A DNA stretch of 64,000 nt from Thalassobaculum sp. (GCF_040219615.1 NZ_JAVJSE010000029.1:214717-278716), one strand, 5' to 3'; positions 40,996-50,611 are shown, counted from the stretch's first letter. The notes: generated from the sequence alone by a model not told the origin. Numbers and translations are program-made.

Positions 40996-41769
40996 ATGCC
41001 CTCGGCCCCCACCCGTCCCGATCCGCCGTTCGCCGACCATCCGCTGCCGCTCTACCAGCGGCTGGCCCGGACCCTGCGCGATGACATCGCCGCCGGCACC
41101 CATCCGGTCGGCACGACACTGCCGACCGAGATCGAGCTGTGCGAGTCGCACGGTGTCAGCCGCCACACCGTCCGCGAGGCCCTGCGGCTGCTGGTCGACC
41201 AGGGCCTGATCGAACGCCGCCAGGGCGCCGGCAGCCGGGTGATCGCGGCAGCACCCCCGGTCGCCTATGTCCACACCATCCGCTCCCTGACCGAGTTGTT
41301 CAGCTACACCCAGGACACCCGGTTCGAGGTCGCGAGCGTCGAGCTGGCGCCGCTCGGCGAGGCCGACGCGGCGGCCATCCGCTGGCCTGCCGAGACCCGC
41401 TGGCTGCGGATCTCCGGGGTACGCTGGACCGCCGACCGCCGCGAGATGGTCTGCCACGTCACGGTGTTCGCCCATGCCCGGTTCGCCGGCCTGCTGTCCG
41501 ACGTCGGCCGCCAGGACGGTCCGATCCACGCCCTGATCGAGGCCCGTTCGGGCGAGCGCGTCGAGGAGGCGGTGCAGGAGGTCTCGGCCGCCCCGATGCC
41601 GCCGGCCGCCGCCAAGGCGCTGGGCACCCGCGTCGGCGCCCCCGCCCTGCGGATCGTCCGGCGCTACCTGGACGCCAGCGGCGGGCCGATGATGGTCGCG
41701 GTGAACTGGCACCCGGGCGACCGCTTCGCCTACACCATCCACCTGCGGCGCGACGACGAGTCGGCATAG
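40996..41769 (+). CDS. GntR family transcriptional regulator (HutC/UTRA-type)
   Basis: PLYQRLARTLRDDI...LPTEIELCESHGVSRHTVREALRLLVDQGLI wHTH, followed by a C-terminal effector domain of about 170 aa. Confidence 0.85.
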   Translation: MPSAPTRPDPPFADHPLPLYQRLARTLRDDIAAGTHPVGTTLPTEIELCESHGVSRHTVREALRLLVDQGLIERRQGAGSRVIAAAPPVAYVHTIRSLTELFSYTQDTRFEVASVELAPLGEADAAAIRWPAETRWLRISGVRWTADRREMVCHVTVFAHARFAGLLSDVGRQDGPIHALIEARSGERVEEAVQEVSAAPMPPAAAKALGTRVGAPALRIVRRYLDASGGPMMVAVNWHPGDRFAYTIHLRRDDESA

Positions 41770-41790
41770 GCGGCGGCGCGCGGCCGTGAC

Positions 41791-41920
41791 GCCCGTCGCT
41801 CCGTGGGTCCCGGCTCCGTTCCGCCTCCGGCGACCCGGTCCGGAATGACGGGGGATATGATGTCGTCATTCCGGACGGGCGCGCCGCCCCGGCGCGGCCG
41901 AGCCGGAACCCACCCGCCGC
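41791..41920 (+). repeat. Nested-palindromic element, copy g
   Basis: GCCCGTCGCTCCGTGGGTCCCGGCTCCG...CCGGAATGACG...CGTCATTCCGG...GAGCCGGAACCCACCCGCCGC. Starts 21 nt after the GntR stop. Confidence 0.9.
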
Positions 41921-41962
41921 TCCGATCCGGTCCACGGTTGACTCCGCTCAGAACTCGCGGAA

Positions 41963-41981
41963 GATTTGTCCGAACAAATTC
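41963..41981. promoter_or_regulatory. Candidate GntR operator 2 upstream of the acyl-CoA dehydrogenase operon
   Basis: GATTTGTCCGAACAAATTC has inverted arms ATTTGT/ACAAAT and fits the GntR-type t.GT-N-AC.a pattern. Lies 15 nt upstream of ATG 41996. Confidence 0.4.
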
Positions 41982-41995
41982 CGAGAGGACACCCC

Positions 41996-43174
41996 ATGCC
42001 CGAGGCCCTGCAGGGGCGCAGCATCGACCCCGCTGACGAGGCGCAGCTGCTGGCCACCATCGATCGCTGGGTGGAGCGCGAGGTCAAGACGATCGCCAAG
42101 GAATACGACCACGCCGACCGCTACCCGGAGAAGACCGTCGAGCAGATGAAGGAGCTCGGCCTGTTCGGCGCGACGATCTCGCCGGAATACGGCGGCCTCG
42201 GGCTGCCGGCCGGCACCTACGCCAAGATCGTCATGCGGATCTCGCGCGACTGGATGGCGGTCACCGGCATCTTCAACTCGCACCTGATGCTGGCCCTGGC
42301 GATCGAGAAGTTCGGAACCCAGGACCAGAAGGACGCCTGGCTGCCCCGGCTCGCCACCGGCGAGGTGCGCGGCGGGCTGGCGCTGACCGAGCCGGACGCC
42401 GGGACCGACCTGCAGGGCATCCGGATGACCGCCCGGCGCGACGGCAACGGCTACGTCATCAACGGCACCAAGACCTGGATCTCCAACGGCATCGAGGGCA
42501 GCTGCTTCGCCCTGCTGGTGAAGACCGACCCGCAGGCCGACCCTCGCCACAAGGGCATGAGCCTGTTCATCGCGCCGAAGCAGGAGGGCTTCCGGGTCGG
42601 CCGCAAGCTCGAGAAGCTCGGCTACAAGTCGATCGATTCCGGCGAGCTGGTGTTCGAGGACTACCGGATCCCGGCCGACAACCTGATCGGCGGAGTCGAG
42701 GGCCAGGGCTTCTACCAGGCGACCGGCGGGCTGGCGCTGGGGCGCATCAACGTGGCGGCCCGCGGGGTCGGCGTCGCCGAGGGCGCCCTGCAGCTGGCGG
42801 TCGACTACGCCCAGGTGCGGAAGACCTTCGGCAAGCCGATCGCCGAGCACCAGGCGATCCAGCTCAAGATCGGCGAGATGGCCGCCAAGGCCCGGGCCGC
42901 CCGCCTGCTCACCCTCGACGCGGCGGCGAAGTTCGACAGCGGCGAGCGCTGCGACCTGGAGGCCGGCATGGCCAAGCTGTTCTCGACCGAGACCGCGCTG
43001 GAGAACGCCACCGAGTCGCTGCGCATCCACGGCGGCTACGGCTACTCCAAGGAGTTCGACATCGAGCGGCTGTACCGCGACGCCCCGCTGCTGTGCATCG
43101 GCGAGGGCACCAACGAGATGCAGCGCATCATCATCGCCCGCCAGCTCGTCAAGCAGGGCGGGCTGCCGACATGA
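41996..43174 (+). CDS. Acyl-CoA dehydrogenase
   Basis: LTEPDAGTDL and WISNG motifs plus a C-terminal RIHGGYGYSKEFDIERLYRDA. Confidence 0.9.
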   Translation: MPEALQGRSIDPADEAQLLATIDRWVEREVKTIAKEYDHADRYPEKTVEQMKELGLFGATISPEYGGLGLPAGTYAKIVMRISRDWMAVTGIFNSHLMLALAIEKFGTQDQKDAWLPRLATGEVRGGLALTEPDAGTDLQGIRMTARRDGNGYVINGTKTWISNGIEGSCFALLVKTDPQADPRHKGMSLFIAPKQEGFRVGRKLEKLGYKSIDSGELVFEDYRIPADNLIGGVEGQGFYQATGGLALGRINVAARGVGVAEGALQLAVDYAQVRKTFGKPIAEHQAIQLKIGEMAAKARAARLLTLDAAAKFDSGERCDLEAGMAKLFSTETALENATESLRIHGGYGYSKEFDIERLYRDAPLLCIGEGTNEMQRIIIARQLVKQGGLPT

Positions 43175-44346
43175 GCCCGCAGGATGCGCCGACGCGCGGC
43201 GGCACGCGGCCATTGGAGGGCATGCGGGTCCTGACCCTGGAGCAGTTCGGCGCCGGCCCCTACGGCTCGATGTACCTGGCCGACCTCGGCGCCGAGGTCA
43301 TCAAGGTCGAGAACCCGGAATCCGGCGGCGACGCCGGCCGCGGCGTCGGGCCGCATTTCCTGGGGCCGCACGACAGCCAGTACTTCCAGACCTGGGGCTC
43401 CAACAAGAAGAGCGTGGCGCTCGACCTGAAGACCCCCGAGGGCAGGGCCGGCTTCCGGAAGCTGGCGGCCGGCGCCGAGGCCGTCATCAACAACCTGCGC
43501 GGCGACCAGCCGGAGAAGCTCGGCCTCGACTACGCCAGCCTGCAGGACGTCAACCCGGCGATCGTCTGCCTGCACATCTCCGCCTACGGCCGCGACAACG
43601 AGCGCAAGTCCTGGCCCGGCTACGACTTCCTGATGCAGGCCGAGGCCGGGCTGATGAGCATGACCGGCGAGCCGGACCGGGCCCCTGCCCGTTTCGGCCT
43701 GTCGATGATCGACTTCATGACCGGCATGACCGGGATCGTCGGGCTGCTCGGCTGCGTGATGCGGGCGCGCGCCACGGGACAGGGCTGCGACGTCGACACC
43801 TGCCTGTTCGACGTGGCGCTGCACCAGCTGTCCTACCCGGCCACCTGGTACCTGAACGGCGGGGCCGAGCCGACCCGGGCACCGCGCAGCGCGCATCTGT
43901 CGATAGCGCCCGTCCAGACCTTCCGGACCGGCGACGGCTGGATCTACGTGATGTGCATGACCGAGCGGGCCTGGCGGATCCTGGCCGACCGGATCGACCG
44001 GCCGGAACTGAAGGACGACCCGCGCTTCGCCGACCAGGGCGCGCGCCGGGAGCATCGTGCCGAGCTGGAACGGGTGCTCGACGCGGCCTTCGAAACCCGG
44101 CCGACCGCCGCCTGGCTGGAACGGCTGACCGGCCATGTGCCGGTGGCCCCGGTCTACGACGTCGCCCAGGCCTTCGCCAACCCGTTCACCGAGACCGCCG
44201 GCATGGTCCGCACCGTGCCGCACCCGGCCAAGCCGGACTTCCGGATGCTGGCCAACCCGCTGAAGATCGACGGCGAGCGACCGCAGCAGGCCGTGTGCTC
44301 GCCGCTCGGCGGCGACAACGCCGCACTGCTGGGCGGTGAAGGATGA
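43171..44346 (+). CDS. Family III CoA-transferase (CaiB/BaiF)
   Basis: GMRVLTLEQFGAGPYGSMYLADLGAEVIKVENP. ATGA overlap with the dehydrogenase stop. Confidence 0.85.
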   Translation: MSPQDAPTRGGTRPLEGMRVLTLEQFGAGPYGSMYLADLGAEVIKVENPESGGDAGRGVGPHFLGPHDSQYFQTWGSNKKSVALDLKTPEGRAGFRKLAAGAEAVINNLRGDQPEKLGLDYASLQDVNPAIVCLHISAYGRDNERKSWPGYDFLMQAEAGLMSMTGEPDRAPARFGLSMIDFMTGMTGIVGLLGCVMRARATGQGCDVDTCLFDVALHQLSYPATWYLNGGAEPTRAPRSAHLSIAPVQTFRTGDGWIYVMCMTERAWRILADRIDRPELKDDPRFADQGARREHRAELERVLDAAFETRPTAAWLERLTGHVPVAPVYDVAQAFANPFTETAGMVRTVPHPAKPDFRMLANPLKIDGERPQQAVCSPLGGDNAALLGGEG

Positions 44347-44351
44347 CCACG

Positions 44352-44501
44352 GCACGTCGCTCCGTGGGTTCCGGCTCCGTCCGGCCTGCGGCCGACCGGT
44401 CCGGAATGACGTATGAGAAAGAAGCGATGAGGATACCCCCCATCCTCGTCATTCCGGACCGGACCGCCTGCCGCGGGACGGAGCCGGAACCCACCCGCCG
44501 C
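44352..44501 (+). repeat. Nested-palindromic element, copy h, between the two CoA-transferase genes
   Basis: GCACGTCGCTCCGTGGGTTCCGGCTCCG...CCGGAATGACG...CGTCATTCCGG...GGAGCCGGAACCCACCCGCCGC. Starts 5 nt after the stop. Confidence 0.9.
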
Positions 44502-44520
44502 TCCATCGCTTGAGGACCGC

Positions 44521-45633
44521 ATGAAACTCGAAGGCGTGAAGGTGGTCGACCTGTCGGTATTCCTGCCGGGGCCGTACCTGACCATGGCGATGGCCGACCA
44601 CGGGGCCGAGGTGATCAAGGTCGAGCCGCCCGGCGAGGGCGATCCCGGCCGGCACATCGGCGTCGCCGACGGGCCCAGCTCGGTGTTCTTCAGGAACGCC
44701 AACCGCGGCAAGAAGAGCGTGGTGCTGGACCTGAAGTCGGACGCCGGCCGCGACGCCCTCTACCGGCTGTGCGACGCCGCCGACGTGTTCGTCGAGAGCT
44801 ACCGGCCGGGGGTGATGCGGCGGCTGGGCTTCGACTGGGAGACCCTGTCGGCCCGCAACCCGCGGCTGGTCTACTGCTCGATCAGCGCCTTCGGCCAGGA
44901 CGGGCCGTACCGCGACCTGCCGGCCCACGACCTGGCGACCGAGGCCTATGCCGGGGTGCTCAGCCTGACCCACGGCCGCGACGGCGTGCCGGCGATGCCC
45001 GGGATGGCGGCGGCCGACATCGTCAGCTCGCTGCACGCCCTGTCCGGCGTGGTCATGGCGTTGTACCGCCGGCACGCGACCGGCCGCGGCGACCGCATCG
45101 ACGTGTCGATGCAACACGCCTCGCTCGCCGCCCTGCCGAACGTGATGGGGCCGGCCATGGCCGGGCGGCCGCAGCCCGACCCGAAGCACGAGCGCACCAC
45201 CGGCGGCAGCGCCTTCTACCAAGTCTACGACACCGCCGACGGCCGCCATCTCGTGCTCGGCGGCCAGGAGATCAAGTTCGTGCGCAACCTGCTGGGCCGG
45301 CTGGAGCGCCTGGACCTGGTGCCGCTCTGCGAACGCGGCCCCGGCCCGCACCAGGCGCCGGTGATCGAGTTCCTGCGCGGGGTGTTCCGCGGCAAGCCGC
45401 TCGCCGAGTGGATGGCTTGGTTCGAGGGCATGGACGTCAGCGTGGCCCCGGTGAACACCCTGCACGAGGCGCTCGACGACCCGAACCTCCGCGCCCAGGG
45501 CGCGATCCTGACCGATGACCGCGGCCGGGAGCATATTGCCCCGGTGGTGCGGTACGCGCTGGAGCCGGCCCGCCCGTCGCTGCGCGAGCCGGGGCTGGAC
45601 GAACACCATTCCATCCTCGACGACCGGCACTGA
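44521..45633 (+). CDS. Family III CoA-transferase (CaiB/BaiF), second copy
   Basis: VKVVDLSVFLPGPYLTMAMADHGAEVIKVEPP. 370 aa. Confidence 0.85.
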   Translation: MKLEGVKVVDLSVFLPGPYLTMAMADHGAEVIKVEPPGEGDPGRHIGVADGPSSVFFRNANRGKKSVVLDLKSDAGRDALYRLCDAADVFVESYRPGVMRRLGFDWETLSARNPRLVYCSISAFGQDGPYRDLPAHDLATEAYAGVLSLTHGRDGVPAMPGMAAADIVSSLHALSGVVMALYRRHATGRGDRIDVSMQHASLAALPNVMGPAMAGRPQPDPKHERTTGGSAFYQVYDTADGRHLVLGGQEIKFVRNLLGRLERLDLVPLCERGPGPHQAPVIEFLRGVFRGKPLAEWMAWFEGMDVSVAPVNTLHEALDDPNLRAQGAILTDDRGREHIAPVVRYALEPARPSLREPGLDEHHSILDDRH

Positions 45634-45643
45634 GGAACACGCC

Positions 45644-46135
45644 ATGTACGGCAGCAAGCAGATCGCGCCCGGCCGCTTCCGCGAGGACATCGGCCGCACC
45701 TACGACGACTTCGAGGTCGGCCACGTCTACGAGCACCGGCCCGGCCGCACCATCGGCGAGGCCGACAACACCTGGTTCACCCTGCTGACCATGAACACCC
45801 ACCCCCTGCATTTCGACGCCGAGTTCGCGGCACAGAGCGAGTTCGGCAGGCCGCTGGTGAACTCCTGCCTGACCCTGGCGATCGTCACCGGCATGAGCGT
45901 CAGCGACGTCAGCCAGAAGGCGATCGCCAACCTGGGCTGGAGCGACATCAGGCTGACCGCGCCGGTGTTCGTCGGCGACACCATCTACGCCGAGAGCGAG
46001 GTGACCGCGAAGCGCGCCTCGAAGAGCCGGCCGAACCAGGGCATCGTCGGGGTGCGCACCCGCGGCCTGAAGGCCGACGGCACGGTGTTCATGGAGTTCG
46101 ACCGCAGCATCCTGGTGCCGCTGACGGCCGATTGA
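45644..46135 (+). CDS. MaoC-like (R)-hydratase / acyl dehydratase
   Basis: Hot-dog fold pattern TWFTLLTMNTHPLHFD...GDTIYAESEV. 163 aa. Confidence 0.8.
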   Translation: MYGSKQIAPGRFREDIGRTYDDFEVGHVYEHRPGRTIGEADNTWFTLLTMNTHPLHFDAEFAAQSEFGRPLVNSCLTLAIVTGMSVSDVSQKAIANLGWSDIRLTAPVFVGDTIYAESEVTAKRASKSRPNQGIVGVRTRGLKADGTVFMEFDRSILVPLTAD

Positions 46136-46142
46136 TCCGTAT

Positions 46143-46281
46143 GCCCGTCGCTTCGTGGGTCCCGGGTCGCCGCTGCGCGCCGCCCGGGATGACGTCAAAG
46201 AAGGGGGCGCCACGAACCACCCTTACCGACGTCATCCCGGACGGCCCGCGCCAGCGGGACGATCCGGGACCCACCCGCCGC
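46143..46281 (+). repeat. Nested-palindromic element, copy i
   Basis: GCCCGTCGCTTCGTGGGTCCCGGG...GGGATGACG...CGTCATCCCGG...CCGGGACCCACCCGCCGCC. Lies between convergent maoC and uxaA-like genes. Confidence 0.85.
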
Positions 46282-46294
46282 CCCGACGCTCCCG

Positions 46295-47851
46295 TCAGGT
46301 CACCGGCGCCGGGTTGAACAGCACCAGCGCGTTGTGCAGCCGCCATTTCTCGGCCCAGGTGCGCCTGGCGCCGCCGGCGACATCGAGCATCAACCGGAAC
46401 AGCTCCCAGCCGACCTCCTCGATGGTCGCCTCGCCGGTGGCGATGCGGCCGGCGTCGACGTCCATCAGGTCGTGCCAGCGCCGGGCCAGGTCGCTGCGAG
46501 TCGCCACCTTGATGACCGGCACCTCGGCCAGGCCGTAGGGCGTACCGCGGCCGGTGGTGAAGACCTCGAGGTTGCAGCCGGCCGCCAGTTGCAGGGTGCC
46601 GCAGATGAAGTCGCTGGCCGGGGTCGCAGCGTACAGCAGCCCCCTGGTCGCCGCCCGCTCGCCCGGCGCCACCACGCCCGAGATCGGCGCGCTGCCCGAC
46701 TTGACGATCGAGCCCATCGCCTTCTCGACGATGTTCGACAGCCCGCCCTTCTTGTTGCCGGGGGTGGTGTTGGCACTGCGGTCGACCTGCCCCAGCGCCA
46801 GGTAGTCGTCGTACCACCGCATCTCGCGGACCAGGGCCTCGGCGACCTCGGGCGTGGCGGCGCGGGACGTCAGCTGGTCGATGCCGTCGCGCACCTCGGT
46901 GACCTCGGAGAACATCACCGTGGCCCCGGCCCGCACCAGCAGGTCGCTGGCGAAGCCGAGTGCGGGATTGGCGGTGACGCCGGAGAACGCGTCGCTGCCG
47001 CCGCACTGCAGGCCGACCACTAGGTCGGAGGCCGGGCAGGTCTCGCGCCGCCTCCGGTCCAGCCTGTCGAGATGCGCCTCGGCCATCTCCATGACCGAGC
47101 GGATCATCGACTCGAAGCCGACATGGCGGTCGTCCTGCAGGGTCACCAGGCCGAAGTCGGTCGCGCCGCCGGGGAACAGCCGGTCGGGCTGCAGCTTCTC
47201 GCAGCCCAGGCTGACCACCATGGCGGTGCCGCCGAAATTCGGGTTCAGGCTGATGTTGCGCAGGGTGCGGATCGGCACCGCCGCGGCCGGCGCGTCGATC
47301 GCCACGCCGCAGCCGTAGCCGTGCTCCAGCCCGATCACGTCGTCGACGTTCGGGTAGCGCGGCAGCAGCTCCTCGCGGATCCGCTTCACGGCATGCTCGA
47401 CGACGCCGGAGACGCACTGCACCGTGGTGGTGATGGCGAGGATGTTGCGGCTGCCGACCGAGCCGTCGGCGTTGCGGTAGCCCTGGAAGGTATACCCCTC
47501 CAAGGGCGGCATCGGTTCCGGCCGGCGGGTCCCGACCGGCAGGTTCGACAGCGCCGGCGGCTCCGGCATGCGGATCTTGAATTCGTTCACCCAGGCCCCG
47601 GCCGGGATCGCGTCGATCGCGTGGCCGATGATCACGTCGTAGCGCCGGACCGCCGCACCGGCCGCCAGGTCGGTCAGCGCCACCTTGTGGCCCTGCGGCA
47701 CCTGCTCGCACAGGGTCAGCCCGCAGGGGAACGCGGTGCCGGCCGGCAGCCCGCCGTCGTTCGCGACGATCGCGACGTTGTCGGCCGCGTGCATGCGGAT
47801 ATAGAGCGGCTGGCCCTGGCCCCTGGTGAGCGACTGGGTCGACGGCGCCAT
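46295..47851 (-). CDS. UxaA-family sugar-acid dehydratase (altronate/galactarate dehydratase-like)
   Basis: N-terminal SAF-like DNVAIV...QGHKVAL. Central [10 protein letters not shown]. The C-terminal domain is typical of UxaA. 518 aa from MAPSTQS. Confidence 0.8.
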   Translation of the reverse strand: MAPSTQSLTRGQGQPLYIRMHAADNVAIVANDGGLPAGTAFPCGLTLCEQVPQGHKVALTDLAAGAAVRRYDVIIGHAIDAIPAGAWVNEFKIRMPEPPALSNLPVGTRRPEPMPPLEGYTFQGYRNADGSVGSRNILAITTTVQCVSGVVEHAVKRIREELLPRYPNVDDVIGLEHGYGCGVAIDAPAAAVPIRTLRNISLNPNFGGTAMVVSLGCEKLQPDRLFPGGATDFGLVTLQDDRHVGFESMIRSVMEMAEAHLDRLDRRRRETCPASDLVVGLQCGGSDAFSGVTANPALGFASDLLVRAGATVMFSEVTEVRDGIDQLTSRAATPEVAEALVREMRWYDDYLALGQVDRSANTTPGNKKGGLSNIVEKAMGSIVKSGSAPISGVVAPGERAATRGLLYAATPASDFICGTLQLAAGCNLEVFTTGRGTPYGLAEVPVIKVATRSDLARRWHDLMDVDAGRIATGEATIEEVGWELFRLMLDVAGGARRTWAEKWRLHNALVLFNPAPVT

Positions 47852-47962
47852 GCGCGGCTTCCTTCCTGCGATTGCGTCGTCACACACCGTAGCGAGCCTC
47901 GGCGCGTCACCCAATACGGATCCGCCGATCATGGTGTCGTCGACTTGACCCGAGCATTTTAC

Positions 47963-47974
47963 GTTGATATCAAC
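47963..47974. promoter_or_regulatory. Perfect 12-bp palindrome GTTGATATCAAC in a divergent promoter region
   Basis: It is the only perfect palindrome in the 202-bp lower-GC gap between the uxaA-like and VOC genes. Confidence 0.25.
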
Positions 47975-48053
47975 TATAGAATGAGCGGCGCCCGACCGTA
48001 CCGTCGAACCACGCCGATCCCCATCGCAACGACCCGCAGGAGAGGTCCCGTCC

Positions 48054-48542
48054 ATGGCCCCGTCCCCCAAGAAGGTTCCCGACAGTTTCCATTCCGTGAC
48101 GCCGCACCTGGTGGTGAAAGGCGCGAAGGATGCGATCGCGTTCTACAAGAAGGCCTTCGGCGCGACCGGCGAAGACTGCATGACGATGCCCGGCGCTCCG
48201 GACAAGGTCATGCACGCGCAGATCCGGATCGGCGACTCGATGATCATGCTGGCCGACGAATTCAGCGGCTGCTCGGAGGGCCCCGACGGCTCCGGAGCGA
48301 CCCCGGTGACCCTGCACCTGTATGTCGAGGACGCGGACGCCGTCTTCGCGCAGGCGATCGCGGTCGGTGCCACGGTGGCGATGCCGCTCGCCGACATGTT
48401 CTGGGGTGACCGCTACGGCCAGGTGGTCGACCCGTTCGGCCATCGCTGGTCGATCGCGACCCACATGCACGACTACACGCCCGAAGAGATGGCGAAGGGC
48501 GCCGAAGAGATGTTCGCTGCCCATGCGGCTCAGCAGGGCTGA
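48054..48542 (+). CDS. VOC / glyoxalase-family protein (PhnB-like)
   Basis: [23 protein letters not shown]...[20 protein letters not shown], typical of the PhnB/YjdN type. Confidence 0.8.
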   Translation: MAPSPKKVPDSFHSVTPHLVVKGAKDAIAFYKKAFGATGEDCMTMPGAPDKVMHAQIRIGDSMIMLADEFSGCSEGPDGSGATPVTLHLYVEDADAVFAQAIAVGATVAMPLADMFWGDRYGQVVDPFGHRWSIATHMHDYTPEEMAKGAEEMFAAHAAQQG

Positions 48543-48568
48543 CAGGTCCCGCGAACCTCATCCGCGGC

Positions 48569-48600
48569 CCGGCGGGACGGTCACTCTCCCGTCCCGCCGG
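48569..48600. terminator. Strong hairpin between convergent VOC and higA genes
   Basis: Stem CCGGCGGGACGG / CCGTCCCGCCGG (12 bp, perfect) with an 8-nt loop. Confidence 0.55.
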
Positions 48601-48607
48601 CCGAAGC

Positions 48608-49186
48608 CTAGGCGGCGACCAGTTCAAAGCGATCGACGTCCGCCGAAGCTTCGCGAGTATAGGCTGGGCGGGTCGCCACTTCCTTCGAGCCGCAGACGCC
48701 GCACCGCATCCGGCTGCCGATGCCCGGGACAGGAAAGTCCGGCCCGAGCTGTGCGATCAGAAGCGCGGTCGGGGCCTGCGCCTTGTGGCCGCACTGGTTG
48801 CACCAGCAGAGCACATCGACGCCGGCGTTCTGGAGGTCGGACAATCGGCCCGCCTGCGGCTCGACGCTCTCCCTGATCTCGGCACCATGCTCGCGCCGCG
48901 CCACGTCGAGGTCGTAGCTGCTCTGTAGGTTTGCCCAGAATTCCGCTGAGACCCCGAAGAACCGGGACAGACGCAACGCCGTGTCGCTGGTGATGGCGCG
49001 CGAGCCGTTGACGATCCCGCCAATGCGGTTTTTCGGAACGCCGATAGCCTTCGCGAGCCGGTAGGAAGAAATACCAAGCGGCTCCAGGAACTCCTCGCGA
49101 AGAATCCTGCCCGGATGGGTCGGATCCATGGCCTCGCCGGTCGTCAGATCGTCGAGGTCGAGAGCGTCGTCGCGCTGATAAGCCAT
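48608..49186 (-). CDS. higA: HigA-type antitoxin (XRE HTH) fused to a C-terminal Cys4 zinc-ribbon-like module
   Basis: HPGRILREEFLEPLGISSYRLAKAIGVPKNRI...FWANLQSSYDL, then CWCNQCGH...RMRCGVCGS. An AGGAGG RBS overlaps the higB stop. Confidence 0.8.
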   Translation of the reverse strand: MAYQRDDALDLDDLTTGEAMDPTHPGRILREEFLEPLGISSYRLAKAIGVPKNRIGGIVNGSRAITSDTALRLSRFFGVSAEFWANLQSSYDLDVARREHGAEIRESVEPQAGRLSDLQNAGVDVLCWCNQCGHKAQAPTALLIAQLGPDFPVPGIGSRMRCGVCGSKEVATRPAYTREASADVDRFELVAA

Positions 49187-49195
49187 CCCGTCCTC

Positions 49196-49477
49196 CTAGT
49201 GGTAGTCGATTAGCTCGACGTCATAGGCGCTGTCGTCGCGCCAAACGAAGCAGATCCGCCATTGATCGTTCACTCGGATGCTGTGCTGGTCTTTCCGGTC
49301 ACCGCTCAGCTTCTCGAGCCGGTTCCCTGGTGGAACCAGGAGATCCGCGATCCGGGTCGCCGCGTCGATCATCAAAAGCTTCTGCCGAGCCTTGCGCTGG
49401 AGCACCGGGTCCACCGATTTGACGTACAAGCCGCGAAAAATCGCCAGTGTCGCGCGATCGGCGAATGACCTGATCAT
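49196..49477 (-). CDS. higB: HigB-type toxin (RelE/ParE superfamily, killer protein)
   Basis: 93 aa. Has LEKLSGDRKDQHSIRVNDQWRICFVW...VELIDYH. Toxin-first gene order is typical of higBA. Confidence 0.85.
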   Translation of the reverse strand: MIRSFADRATLAIFRGLYVKSVDPVLQRKARQKLLMIDAATRIADLLVPPGNRLEKLSGDRKDQHSIRVNDQWRICFVWRDDSAYDVELIDYH

Positions 49478-49484
49478 CGAGAGG

Positions 49485-49513
49485 TTATATGAGGCGTAAC
49501 CAGGTTACGTCAA
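49485..49513 (-). promoter_or_regulatory. Candidate higBA promoter with embedded operator palindrome
   Basis: Minus strand reads TTGACG-N17-ATATAA, then 7 nt to the ATG. The palindrome CGTAACC-A-GGTTACG (49495-49509) fills the spacer. Confidence 0.5.
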
Positions 49514-49528
49514 CCGTACCCCCTGGCC

Positions 49529-50611
49529 TCAGCGCTCGGGAAACCAGCCCCTGGTGGCGTTGGCGAACGCCACCAGGGACAGCATCACCGGCACCTCCAC
49601 CAACACGCCGACGACGGTGGCCAGCGCCGCACCCGACTGCAGGCCGAACAGGCTGATCGCGACGGCGACGGCCAGTTCGAAGAAGTTCGAGGTGCCGATC
49701 AGTGCGCAGGGAGCCGCGACCGGGAACGGCACCCGCCAAGCCCAGGCGGCGGCGTAGGCGACCAGGAAGATGCCGTAGGACTGCAGCAGCAGCGGCACCG
49801 CGATCAGCGCGATCAGCAGCGGCCGTTCCAGGATCACCTGGCCCTGGAAGCCGAACAGCAGGACCACGGTCGCCAGCAGGCCGAGCACCGAGGCCGGCTT
49901 GACGCGGGCGGTGAACGCCGCGACCCGGCGCTCCCGCTCGGCCGGATCGCCGGCACCGGCCGCCAGCCGGGCCCGGGTGGCGGCGCCGGCCACCAGCGGG
50001 ATCACCACGTACAACGCGACGGACAGCAGCAGCGTCTGCCACGGCACCTGGATGTCGGTAACCCCCAGCAGCAGGGCCACGATCGGGGCGAAGGCGAACA
50101 CCATGATGATGTCGTTCACCGACACCTGGACCAGGGTGTAGTTCGGATCGCCGCGCGTCAGTTGCGACCAGACGAACACCATCGCGGTGCATGGCGCCGC
50201 CCCAAGCAGGATCAGGCCAGCGATGTATTCGCGCGCCGAGGCCGGGTCGATCAGGTCGGCGAAAACGACCTCGAAGAACAGCACGCCCAGCGCCGCCATG
50301 GTGAACGGCTTCACCAGCCAGTTGACCACCACGGTGATGATCAGGCCCTTCGGCCGCTCGCCGACCCGCCCGAGACTGGCGAAGTCGACGTTGACCATCA
50401 TCGGGTAGACCATCGCCCAGATCAGCACCGCGACCACGAGATTGACCGACGCGACCTCCAGGCCGGCGACGCCGGCGAACAGGCCGGGGACGACGTTGCC
50501 GAGCAGCAGGCCGGCCCCGATGCACAGCGCCACCCAGACCGACAGCCACTTCTCGAAGAAGCCGATGCCGCCCGGCGCCGATCCGGCCTGGCCGGAGACT
50601 TCGCTGGTCAT
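49529..50611 (-). CDS. acr3: Arsenite efflux permease, ACR3 family
   Basis: [14 protein letters not shown]...AMVYPMM...[14 protein letters not shown]...[14 protein letters not shown]. 360 aa. Confidence 0.9.
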   Translation of the reverse strand: MTSEVSGQAGSAPGGIGFFEKWLSVWVALCIGAGLLLGNVVPGLFAGVAGLEVASVNLVVAVLIWAMVYPMMVNVDFASLGRVGERPKGLIITVVVNWLVKPFTMAALGVLFFEVVFADLIDPASAREYIAGLILLGAAPCTAMVFVWSQLTRGDPNYTLVQVSVNDIIMVFAFAPIVALLLGVTDIQVPWQTLLLSVALYVVIPLVAGAATRARLAAGAGDPAERERRVAAFTARVKPASVLGLLATVVLLFGFQGQVILERPLLIALIAVPLLLQSYGIFLVAYAAAWAWRVPFPVAAPCALIGTSNFFELAVAVAISLFGLQSGAALATVVGVLVEVPVMLSLVAFANATRGWFPER

